In this document: positions 55,588-64,000 of the stretch, in pieces | Layout: the number at the start of each line of letters is the position of its first letter | Position numbering within the stretch: position 1 is the stretch's first letter | From: Pirellulales bacterium | GTDB taxonomy: Bacteria; Planctomycetota; Planctomycetia; Pirellulales; PALSA-1355 | DNA length: 64,000 nucleotides | NCBI GenBank assembly: GCA_963733035.1 | Contig: CAVTBU010000005.1 | Span: 1,536,001 to 1,600,000 of the forward strand | Direction: 5' to 3' | The notes under the pieces: model-generated | Seen by the model: only the letters and a program-made list of their open reading frames with translations | The model's database searches: none | What the model was told of the DNA's origin: nothing | Program-made: the position numbers and the translations under genes

Positions 55588-58500
55588 CTACTTCCCGCTT
55601 CGCTCCCAACCGGTCAATTGCCGGTACACGTCTTCCCGTGGGAGTTTCGCCTGATTGAGGGGCATGGCGACTGCGGCGGGCCGCGCGAGAAAGCCGGCCG
55701 CGCGGCGCTGTTCGTTTGCCTCTTGTTCCAGCGATGCGAGCCAGGCGGGAACTTCCAGCCCAATGCCGGTCGGCTCTTGCGTGAGTTCGGCGGTTTCCTG
55801 CTCCAACTGGTCAAACGGTCCACCGGGCTGCGGGGCGGCGCCCGCTTTCACGGCTTCCATGGCGGGCCGGATCAAGGCGCGCAAACGGTCGATCACCAGC
55901 GGCTGAACAAAGCGCTCGGCAATGCGATCGGTGACCGTGGGCAGACGCATCGCATATTTCTGCCGCAATTCGGCGCCGCGCGTTTGCAGTGTGTCGGCCA
56001 GTTCGCTGGTGCGGTCGGCCAGCGCCCGGCGCCACATTTCGGCCGCGCCGTTTCGCCCTCGCTGCACGAGTACCGCATGCGCGATCAAGACCGGCCTCAG
56101 ATGCCACGCCACGCGGTCGTAGTGCACGCGAAGCCGCAGAAAGTCGAGCAGCGTGTAAATCATCTCGCCGCGGTCCGATTGCGTGGTCGTGCTATTGTAG
56201 TCGCGATACTCGCTGTAGTTCTCGACCACTGCTTCGATAACGAGATGCAACTGCTTGATTGCCTCGGCGCGCGAAACCTCCCGCCCCAACTCGTTAAGCA
56301 AGCGCAGTTCAGTGTCATCGGCCAGGGCAGGTTCTTCGACCAGTCGATCGAGCCACGCATCGACCCCCTGGTGCAGAATCGCCCGCAGATTGCCCATGTT
56401 CAGGAATCGCTGCGTAAATAAGTCGCCCCCGTAACGTTGGACAAACTGGACGAGCGACCGCCAGGCCCGGTCGTCGACAATCCGCTCGAGCACGGACAGG
56501 CGAAGCGTGCGACTGTGGGCCAGCCACTGCTTGAGCAGTGACTCGGTCACGCGCTCGAGCGCCTCGACCAACTCATTGTCTGTTTCTTCGGCGTCCCGGC
56601 CCGTGGCCCAATCGGACGACATCTCCACGATCGACTCCACGATCGATTCGTAACCGGCGGAGAACAAGCGGTCATATTCGCTGATTGCTCCCGGGCCCAC
56701 CGGATTAGTCGATTCCATCAGCCGCGCCACTTCTAGCAGTTGACAGGTCTCGGCAATGAGTCCCAGCTTGGGCAGCCACTGCAACAGGTCGCGCAGGAGT
56801 TGCTGCCGTACGCGCGCCTGCACCAATTGCGCCGGTTCGCCACCCTTGCTAACAGGTACGTATAGCAGCGTCTGGCTTTCCAGATTTGCGAGCAGTTCCG
56901 GCCAGCGACTTTTGACACCGGTGGCATCCTGCCGCACGATCGCTCGCAGGACGTCGACCGTGACATCCGAAGGCGTCTCAGCCCGTTCGGCGGGCAAGCC
57001 GGCGCGCATGATTCGTGATGCATCTTCAATTTCAATCGCCGCGGTGACGATCTTCTCCGTGAGCGATTCCTTGATCGCCCGACGGCGATCGAATTCAAGC
57101 AACGAATCTCGCGTATTCGACGGCGCGGGCACGCGGCGTTGACTTACTTCCCGCAATAAACTTAAAAGCCCTTGTTCGTTGGCACTTGCCTGTGCGAGCC
57201 AGCGCTGGAGCGTCGGCGAGTCGAGTGGTGCGTCGCTGGTGGGCCCTGCGGCCAGGGCAGCCTGTTTCCACAGCGAGGCGACCGTCTGCAGCAGTGTCAA
57301 CCGCTCACCCACGCGGCGCGCCTCGTGTTCGAGTTCAAAGTCGGTAACCGAGCCCGCGCCGCTTTCCAACATGTCGGCATCGATGCCGTCGGCCGTGCTG
57401 TCGACATACACGACTTCGTCATACGCGGCGCTGAACAGTCCTTCGTCTTCTTCGTCGTCGTCGAGCAAGTCGTCCTCTTCCAACTCGCGATCGTCGATGA
57501 CATCGCCGACTCCCGAACCGAGCAATTCGAGCGAAGGCACGCGCCAGTAGTCTTCCGCATTGGCTTCAAGGAGTTCGAAAAACCGGGTGATCAAGACGTT
57601 TCGGGCGTCGCCGGAAAGCTGTGGCGCGGAATCCGATGAGGACGAACAGAGTTGCGCGAGCCACCGCCGGGCCAGCGTATGGAACGAATATTCTCCCTGC
57701 TTGAGCGCGATTGAGCCGGCCTGGCTGAGCCATTGCATCAACAATGCCATCGCGGCGACCAGGTCGGGCTGCCGGCAAAGTGAGGCAACTACCAAGGCGT
57801 AGGCCTTCGGCGAATTGAACTGGGCCACCCGGTTCCGCCAAAATGCAATATCACCCGCGGCAGCGCCGGCCTGATGAAACGCCGACAATGCTTGGGCAAC
57901 TTCGCGCGCCGAATCGAAGGCCTCGGCTCCGCTAAAGCCTTCGATGCTTTCAATGCTTGTGGGCGCGAACTGATCCCACCAGGCCGTCAGTTCGCTCATG
58001 CGATGTGAAAGCACGGCTTGCAACGATTCTTCGTTGCGCGCCGCGGCTTCGCTCCAAAGTCGAGCATACAGCCCGACGATCTGCTCCATCAATTCGATGA
58101 GTTGTTCCAAGCGATGGTCTGGGACGCTGTTTTCCGGCGACGGAAACAAGCTAAATTGTCCTTGAAAGCCGAGAATATTCCACGGATCGACCAAGGCGCC
58201 GCACTCGATCGCGCGGTGAAGAAAATCTTCGGCCTCGACCAGCAGCGTCGACGCCTTATCCGGGTCCCCCGCGTCGAGGGCCAAATGTCCAGTCGTGAGA
58301 CGACATTGGATTTCGCAGACCATCCTTGCCGCGGCCACCGGAACGACTCGAGCCTGTCGCAAGGCCGCGTCTGGATACCCCATGCGCGCGAAGAGGAGCG
58401 CCAAATGAACATGTTCGAGTTGCGCGGCACGGCGGCGAGCCAATTGTTGATTGAGATGTTGGCGCGCCGCCGATAATGGCTGTTTGCCGGCAACCGCTTC

Positions 58501-59601
58501 GTCCCGCAACCGCTCGCCGTGACTTCCGCCCAGTCGAGCGATGAATTGCTCGTAAAAGGCATCGCGGTAGCCGGCGATCCGAGGTAGCAACGTGGAAAGC
58601 GTCGTCGCGGAATCGTGCGCGTCGGGTCCACTGCCGCTGGTGCCCGAGGCCATCAACATCGTGCCGGCCAGCACTGCCGCTGCTTCGAGCAGCAGCTCCT
58701 CGGGTGGCAGACTTCCTGGCTGATCCACGCGATCGAGCAGCACGTCGAGCGTGACCTGTTGGACGACGAACCGGCGGTAACGTCCCTGCCCGTCGATGTG
58801 ATGGGGATCCCATTGGCCGAAATGATAGTTTGGCCGTTTGTTCACGGGGTGGTCGAAATCGTAGGCCCGCGGATCGAACGCCAGTTCGTCGAGCAGTTCC
58901 GGATCAAACCAGGCATCGCGCAGAATCACCGGATCGGTGCCGTGCAGGATCTCCAGTGCCCGCTCGACGATTTTTTGATAGCGTCCGGTTCCGACGCCGG
59001 CGGATCGCACGTAGAGCGGGATGGGACGGACCCATTCGTGCGGGTACGGTTCGATCTTTTGCGCGGTCCTCAAGACGGCGACGGGTCGGTGCCCGACGAA
59101 ATCGTTCAAATGGGCAATGGCACCCGACGTGATTCGATCGTCTTCGTCCCAGGGCCCCCCCTGCTGCAAGAGGGCTTCGATTGCGCGGCCAACGAACAGG
59201 GGTCGCCAAATGGAGGAATCTGGCTGATGAAAGAGCAAGTCCTGGTGAAATCGACGGTAGTGTGGGGGAAATACCTCACCGGCCAGCCGCAACACTTGTT
59301 GAGCCTGCTCGACATTGCTAAAGGCGCCGGTCCCGCCGGCTACGGCGCGTAACTGTTCTTGGAGTTCGGCATAGACCGCGGGCCACGTCGCCGCGGTCCC
59401 TTGCTCTGCATTGCCCGAATCCTCAACGGCCTCGAACAGGCAATTGAGATTTGCCAGGAACTGCGGATCAGGTGTACCTGACGAGAAGTTCAGATAGCCG
59501 AGCAACTCCAGAAACTGGGCGGGACTCGGTTGGGGGGCCTCTCTACCGGTCATGGGCACTTGCCTGTGGATCTTGCTGGGTTCTGCCTCATGGTAGGACA
59601 T
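55588..59601 (-). CDS. Large hypothetical alpha-helical protein (about 1340 aa; start uncertain)
   Basis: Long ORF with host-like codon usage; no motif recognised; acidic linker EEDDLLDDDEEDE. Confidence 0.8.
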   Translation of the reverse strand: MSYHEAEPSKIHRQVPMTGREAPQPSPAQFLELLGYLNFSSGTPDPQFLANLNCLFEAVEDSGNAEQGTAATWPAVYAELQEQLRAVAGGTGAFSNVEQAQQVLRLAGEVFPPHYRRFHQDLLFHQPDSSIWRPLFVGRAIEALLQQGGPWDEDDRITSGAIAHLNDFVGHRPVAVLRTAQKIEPYPHEWVRPIPLYVRSAGVGTGRYQKIVERALEILHGTDPVILRDAWFDPELLDELAFDPRAYDFDHPVNKRPNYHFGQWDPHHIDGQGRYRRFVVQQVTLDVLLDRVDQPGSLPPEELLLEAAAVLAGTMLMASGTSGSGPDAHDSATTLSTLLPRIAGYRDAFYEQFIARLGGSHGERLRDEAVAGKQPLSAARQHLNQQLARRRAAQLEHVHLALLFARMGYPDAALRQARVVPVAAARMVCEIQCRLTTGHLALDAGDPDKASTLLVEAEDFLHRAIECGALVDPWNILGFQGQFSLFPSPENSVPDHRLEQLIELMEQIVGLYARLWSEAAARNEESLQAVLSHRMSELTAWWDQFAPTSIESIEGFSGAEAFDSAREVAQALSAFHQAGAAAGDIAFWRNRVAQFNSPKAYALVVASLCRQPDLVAAMALLMQWLSQAGSIALKQGEYSFHTLARRWLAQLCSSSSDSAPQLSGDARNVLITRFFELLEANAEDYWRVPSLELLGSGVGDVIDDRELEEDDLLDDDEEDEGLFSAAYDEVVYVDSTADGIDADMLESGAGSVTDFELEHEARRVGERLTLLQTVASLWKQAALAAGPTSDAPLDSPTLQRWLAQASANEQGLLSLLREVSQRRVPAPSNTRDSLLEFDRRRAIKESLTEKIVTAAIEIEDASRIMRAGLPAERAETPSDVTVDVLRAIVRQDATGVKSRWPELLANLESQTLLYVPVSKGGEPAQLVQARVRQQLLRDLLQWLPKLGLIAETCQLLEVARLMESTNPVGPGAISEYDRLFSAGYESIVESIVEMSSDWATGRDAEETDNELVEALERVTESLLKQWLAHSRTLRLSVLERIVDDRAWRSLVQFVQRYGGDLFTQRFLNMGNLRAILHQGVDAWLDRLVEEPALADDTELRLLNELGREVSRAEAIKQLHLVIEAVVENYSEYRDYNSTTTQSDRGEMIYTLLDFLRLRVHYDRVAWHLRPVLIAHAVLVQRGRNGAAEMWRRALADRTSELADTLQTRGAELRQKYAMRLPTVTDRIAERFVQPLVIDRLRALIRPAMEAVKAGAAPQPGGPFDQLEQETAELTQEPTGIGLEVPAWLASLEQEANEQRRAAGFLARPAAVAMPLNQAKLPREDVYRQLTGWERSGK

Positions 59602-59774
59602 CGCGAGGGAGTTGGTCCAGCGGGGTACGAGAGGCGGGCGCGAGACGTAGACCGAAGTTTCAGTGCTTTTGGAGCCAGGCCGCGTATCGACTATAGTGGA
59701 AGGAGCCCGCTCGGTTCCTACTAAATACCTTGGGGGCTGCCTTCCCATCGGAACAGATCTCGGAGTTTTCTCTC

Positions 59775-61058
59775 ATGCGCCAAGCGACGCGATTGACGCT
59801 CTGTGTAGTCGCCCTGCTCATCGTCTTTGGATCTCTGGCTCAAGCTCAGGGATTGATTCCGCGCACCACGGCAACACGGTACGGTTTGACAAGAGCCTGG
59901 TTTGCGCAGGTTGGGTCGCCGCAGGTGACCGGGCGGCTGGACCACGTCAACTATGACGAGGGGATGTTGCTCGCGCAGTCCAGCCGGGGCGTGATCACCG
60001 CGCTGGATGCGGAGACGGGACAACTATTATGGAGCACACAAATCGGCACTCGGGAGGGCTCCACCACCGAACCGGCCGCGAACGACAAGTTTGTCGTCGT
60101 GCTCAGTGGCTCGACGCTTTACGTCCTTGACCGCAAGGATGGTGGTGTCGTCTGGACCAAGCAGGTGAGCGGAGCACCCGGGGCAGGCCCCGGAGTCACG
60201 GCGACGCATGCGTTCGTACCCATGGTGTCGGGGCTGATTGAGGGATATGACCTGGAAGCTGGCGTCCATCAAACGCCTTGGAACTACCAGTCGACCGGGC
60301 GCGTTTTGATGCCGCCGTTGACGACGCCTTTATCCGTAAGTTGGACGACCGAACATGGCTATTTCTACGTCGCCGACCCATCGGGCGGCGGCATCAAATA
60401 TCGCCTGGAATCGCGGGGAGCAATTCACTCGCGCCCGGCCTCCTGGGCGCCGATGGTCTATGCCACGTCGATCGACGGATTGGTGTACGGGATCAACGAA
60501 GTCAAGGGAGACATCAAGTGGAAATTTTCGGTCGGTGAAGCGATTTACAAAGAACCCGTAGCGCTGTCGGACCGCGTCTACGTCGTTCCAGAATTCGGCG
60601 GCATGTATTGTCTTGACGCGGCGAGTGGCGGACTGGTATGGCACGTACCAGGCATTCAACAGTTCGTAGCGGCCAGCCCTTCACGCGTCTACACGGCGGA
60701 CTCCCTTGGCAATCTGGCGATGCTCGACGTCGAGACAGGCGGTCGTGTCGGCACCATGCCGGTTGATGGCCTGGCCACGAAATTAGTCAATCGCTCGAGC
60801 GATCGGATCTTTGTGTACGACAATTCATGCGTCGTGCAATGCCTGCACGAGGCGCAACTCGCGTCGCCCGCGATGCACACGCCACCGGAACCGGCCGCCG
60901 AGGAACTAAAACTCGGTCCTAAGAAGCCCGCCCAGCCCGAGGCCCCACCGGCCGACGAAGTACCGGCCGACGCAACGCCACCGGAAGAGCCGGCGGCGGA
61001 CGGCGACGACCCGTTCAGCGTGCCCCCTGATGATGGCGGCAATCCGTTCGCACCATGA
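59775..61058 (+). CDS. PQQ-like beta-propeller protein (BamB-like repeats)
   Basis: Signal peptide; repeated ALDAETG..LW / LD..DG..VW units; Pro/acidic tail. Confidence 0.82.
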   Translation: MRQATRLTLCVVALLIVFGSLAQAQGLIPRTTATRYGLTRAWFAQVGSPQVTGRLDHVNYDEGMLLAQSSRGVITALDAETGQLLWSTQIGTREGSTTEPAANDKFVVVLSGSTLYVLDRKDGGVVWTKQVSGAPGAGPGVTATHAFVPMVSGLIEGYDLEAGVHQTPWNYQSTGRVLMPPLTTPLSVSWTTEHGYFYVADPSGGGIKYRLESRGAIHSRPASWAPMVYATSIDGLVYGINEVKGDIKWKFSVGEAIYKEPVALSDRVYVVPEFGGMYCLDAASGGLVWHVPGIQQFVAASPSRVYTADSLGNLAMLDVETGGRVGTMPVDGLATKLVNRSSDRIFVYDNSCVVQCLHEAQLASPAMHTPPEPAAEELKLGPKKPAQPEAPPADEVPADATPPEEPAADGDDPFSVPPDDGGNPFAP

Positions 61059-61216
61059 GCCAAAAGCCGGGACGTGCCCGCTCAGGCGGGAGTTGACTGC
61101 CGGCGGGCAACTTCTTAAACCAAGGGGATGGCACGCGACGAGTGCCGTTCTTCTTGCCGACGACCGTGAACCATCGCCCGCGGGAGTCGGTCTGATTTCC
61201 ATGACTGCGAGCTGCC

Positions 61217-62797
61217 ATGTCTGCACCGATTTCTCCGCCAATCAAGCGAGCCCTGATCAGCGTTAGCGACAAACTGGGGCTGGGTGAGTTTGCCCTGGGA
61301 TTGGCTGCCGCGGGGGTGGAAATCTACAGTACCGGCGGCACGCGCAAGTTTTTAGAGGCCGCCGGAGTTAGAGTCCACGACGTGGCCGAGTATACGGGCT
61401 TCCCGGAAATGCTCGACGGCCGCGTCAAGACGTTGCATCCCAAGATTCACGGCGGGATTCTGGCCCGCCACGATCGCGCGGACGACCTTGCAGCGCTTGC
61501 CGCGCACGGCATCCGGACGTTTGAACTCGTGATCGTGAATCTCTATCCCTTCGAAGCGACCGTGGCCCGCGAAAACGTGGCCTTTGAGGAGGCCGTCGAG
61601 CAGATCGACATCGGCGGTCCGAGTTTGATCCGAGCGGCGGCCAAGAATCATGCGTTCATTACCGTGGCCACCGACACGGCCCAATATGGCGAAATTTTGG
61701 CCCAGGTTGCCGATCGTGGGTGTACCACGCCCGAATTTCGGCGCAAGCTGGCATATGCGGCCATCGCACGGACGGCGCAATACGATCAGGCAATCGCCCA
61801 CTATCTCGCCGGTCAGGTCGAGGGCGAAGTTTTCCCGGAGCGCTGGCCCGTGGATCTGCGCCGCAAGGAAGTCCTGCGGTACGGAGAGAATCCGCATCAG
61901 CGGGCGGCCCTGTATGCCCAAATGCATGCCGGTTGCGGGGCGAATCTGGTCGCGGCACAGCAACTGGCCGGCAAGGAGCTTTCATACAACAACCTGTTGG
62001 ATCTCGACAGCGCGCTGGCGATTGTCCGTTCGCTAAGCGGACCGGGAGTGTCCGTGATCAAACACAACAATCCCTGTGGTGCGGCCGTTCACGAGCAGCT
62101 TTCCACCGCCACGCGGGAGGCACTCGACGGCGACCCGCTCAGTGCGTTTGGTTCGGTGCTGGGATTCAATCGAGCGGTCGACGCGGCCTCGGCTGAAGTG
62201 CTGGCCGAGCCAGGGAGATTTGTCGAAGCGATCGTCGCACCCGATTTCGAGCCGGCTGCGCTTGAAATCCTGACAACGAGGCCGAAATGGAAAGCGAACG
62301 TGCGATTGATGAAAGTCGGACCGCTCGATGACGCCCAGTCCCACTGGCAATTACGGCAAATCGAAGGCGGCGTATTGGTGCAGGAAACCGATACGGCGGC
62401 CGATCCGCAGTCCGAATGGAAAGTTGTAACCAGCGTTCAGCCGCAAGACGATCAGTATGCCGACCTGAGATTCGCCTGGGCAATTTGCCGGCATGTCAAA
62501 TCCAACGCGATTGTGATTGCCAAGGACCGCACACTGTTGGGTACCGGCGCCGGGCAGATGAGCCGCGTCGATTCGGTTGAGATTGCCGTCGAAAAGGGGG
62601 GCGATCGCGGACGCGGCGGCGTTTTGGCCTCGGACGCGTTCTTTCCGTTTCCCGACTCGATCCAGCAGGCCGCCGCGGCTGGGATCTCGGCCATCATTCA
62701 GCCGGGCGGATCGAAGCGCGACGAAGAAGTGATCGCTGCCTGCAACGAACACCGAATTGCCATGGTCTTTACCGGCCGACGCCACTTCAAACACTAA
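61217..62797 (+). CDS. purH: Bifunctional AICAR formyltransferase/IMP cyclohydrolase
   Basis: RALISVSDK, GRVKTLHP, LRYGENPHQ, KHNNPCG, SDAFFPF and RHFKH. Confidence 0.98.
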   Translation: MSAPISPPIKRALISVSDKLGLGEFALGLAAAGVEIYSTGGTRKFLEAAGVRVHDVAEYTGFPEMLDGRVKTLHPKIHGGILARHDRADDLAALAAHGIRTFELVIVNLYPFEATVARENVAFEEAVEQIDIGGPSLIRAAAKNHAFITVATDTAQYGEILAQVADRGCTTPEFRRKLAYAAIARTAQYDQAIAHYLAGQVEGEVFPERWPVDLRRKEVLRYGENPHQRAALYAQMHAGCGANLVAAQQLAGKELSYNNLLDLDSALAIVRSLSGPGVSVIKHNNPCGAAVHEQLSTATREALDGDPLSAFGSVLGFNRAVDAASAEVLAEPGRFVEAIVAPDFEPAALEILTTRPKWKANVRLMKVGPLDDAQSHWQLRQIEGGVLVQETDTAADPQSEWKVVTSVQPQDDQYADLRFAWAICRHVKSNAIVIAKDRTLLGTGAGQMSRVDSVEIAVEKGGDRGRGGVLASDAFFPFPDSIQQAAAAGISAIIQPGGSKRDEEVIAACNEHRIAMVFTGRRHFKH

Positions 62798-63579
62798 TGG
62801 CAAACGTCCTCGACAAAATCGTCGCCACCAAACGCCGCGAAATTGCCGACGCCAAGGCGGCACGCAGCGAGTCGCAAGTGCGGCACGAAGCCGAAGCAGC
62901 GCCGCCAGTTCGCAATTTCTTCGAGACCCTCGCGGCCGGCGGCAAGATCAAGCTCATTGCCGAAGTGAAAAAGGCCAGCCCATCGGCCGGCGTCATTCGG
63001 GCGGACTTCCATCCGGTGGAAATCGCCATGACGTATCAGCAGCACGGCGCGAGTTGCTTGAGCGTGCTCACCGACGAGCACTACTTCCAGGGCAGCCTCG
63101 GCTACTTGCACGACGTTCGCGCAGCAGTCAACTTACCCGTCTTGCGCAAGGACTTCATTCTCGACACGTACCAACTATACGAAGCCCGGGCGGCGGGGGC
63201 CGACGCCGTCCTGCTGATCGCCGAGTGTCTCGACGACTGCAATTTGCGAAAGTTGCATAATGAAGCCGTTTCTCTCGGCATGTCGCCGCTGGTCGAGCTT
63301 TATGAGCCCGAGAATCTGCCACGTGTGTTCGACGCCGGCGCCACGCTGATCGGGGTGAACAATCGAGATTTGCGATCCTTCAAGACCGACTTGGAGCACA
63401 CGTTGCGCTTGCGAGATCAGATTCCAGACGAATGCGTGCTGGTGAGCGAGAGCGGCATCCGCACCAGGGCCGACGTGGAGCGGCTACAGGCGGCAGGGGT
63501 TGATGCCATCCTAGTGGGTGAATCGCTGATGGCCAGTCCGGATATAGGGGCGGCGGTTGATGCGATCTTGGGTCGGTAG
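62797..63579 (+). CDS. trpC: Indole-3-glycerol phosphate synthase
   Basis: IAEVKKASPS, SVLTD, LRKDF, GVNNRDL and SESGI. Confidence 0.97.
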   Translation: MANVLDKIVATKRREIADAKAARSESQVRHEAEAAPPVRNFFETLAAGGKIKLIAEVKKASPSAGVIRADFHPVEIAMTYQQHGASCLSVLTDEHYFQGSLGYLHDVRAAVNLPVLRKDFILDTYQLYEARAAGADAVLLIAECLDDCNLRKLHNEAVSLGMSPLVELYEPENLPRVFDAGATLIGVNNRDLRSFKTDLEHTLRLRDQIPDECVLVSESGIRTRADVERLQAAGVDAILVGESLMASPDIGAAVDAILGR

Positions 63580-63710
63580 GCAAGAGGCCGGATGATTTTA
63601 CCCCCGCTGCGTAACCGATAAACACAAAGACGGGACGCACGCGGCGTGTTTGCCTATAATTTCGCGAACGTGGTTCGTGCAATCCGGCGTCATCCGACGA
63701 GCATTTTCGC

Positions 63711-64000
63711 ATGGCTAACAACCTTACCAATATTGCCACGATCTTTCGCAGCATGATTTCTCTTGTGCTGCTCGGATTGCTGGGAACGGGCAGTTGGCTG
63801 GCGTACCAGACATATCACGAGCGAGATCGGCTCGGTCGCGAATTGCAGCAGGCCCGCGCCGCGGTCGAGCAGCTTGAAAAGGAAAACGAGCGTCTGGACG
63901 TCGCGCTGCGGCTCATGAAGGTGGATCATCGCGTGGCCGAGATCGAAGTACTCGACCAACGTCAGAACGGTCCGCGACCCCAAACGACGTTTCAGTTTGT
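63711..64000 (+). CDS. Hypothetical membrane-anchored coiled-coil protein (partial)
   Basis: ATG at 63711 (MANNLTNIATIFRSMISLVLLGLLGTGSWLAY), then a coiled coil; open to the window end. Confidence 0.7.
   Translation, partial: MANNLTNIATIFRSMISLVLLGLLGTGSWLAYQTYHERDRLGRELQQARAAVEQLEKENERLDVALRLMKVDHRVAEIEVLDQRQNGPRPQTTFQF

Noticed and set aside
1..64000. CRISPR array or DGR template/variable repeat pair
   Set aside because: No regularly spaced repeats, cas genes or reverse transcriptase were seen. Differences within the 38992/40291 repeat pair are not adenine-specific.

Overview
This window most likely comes from a Planctomycete (Pirellulales-like) chromosome. The evidence is a planctomycete-type LExLExRxLL export motif, a planctomycete-style integrase and the style of the PEP-CTERM proteins. 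It has four blocks. (1) Positions 1-33.7 kb hold a long minus-strand exopolysaccharide/exosortase gene cluster: an atypical ECF-like sigma factor, exosortase, Wzc-like kinase, a 1481-aa TPR protein, EpsI, a priming sugar transferase, 2 deacetylases, 6 glycosyltransferases, a Wzy/O-antigen-ligase-like protein, FkbM, 2 CapK/PaaK-like ligases, Wzx, AsnB and a GNAT, interrupted by IS elements and MITE-like relics. (2) Positions 34.8-44.8 kb hold an array of 8 PEP-CTERM surface-protein genes and a zinc metalloprotease. (3) Positions 44.9-51.6 kb hold an hsdM relic and a satellite-like integrative module (AlpA, primase-helicase, HTH, tyrosine integrase) ending in tRNA-Gly(CCC). (4) Positions 51.6-64 kb are core genes (cobB, uup, purH, trpC and others). 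The main finding is that the 8 PEP-CTERM genes split into two classes in which sorting-signal subtype and upstream DNA motif co-vary without exception. Five Trp-tail genes share a GTCA-N18-20-CTAWW motif, a candidate promoter for the co-located sigma factor. The three non-Trp genes have canonical sigma70 promoters plus a TGAC-N7-GTCA palindrome. At least six genes carry single-base frameshifts that may be sequencing errors. All function calls come from motif recognition by eye; no database search was run.
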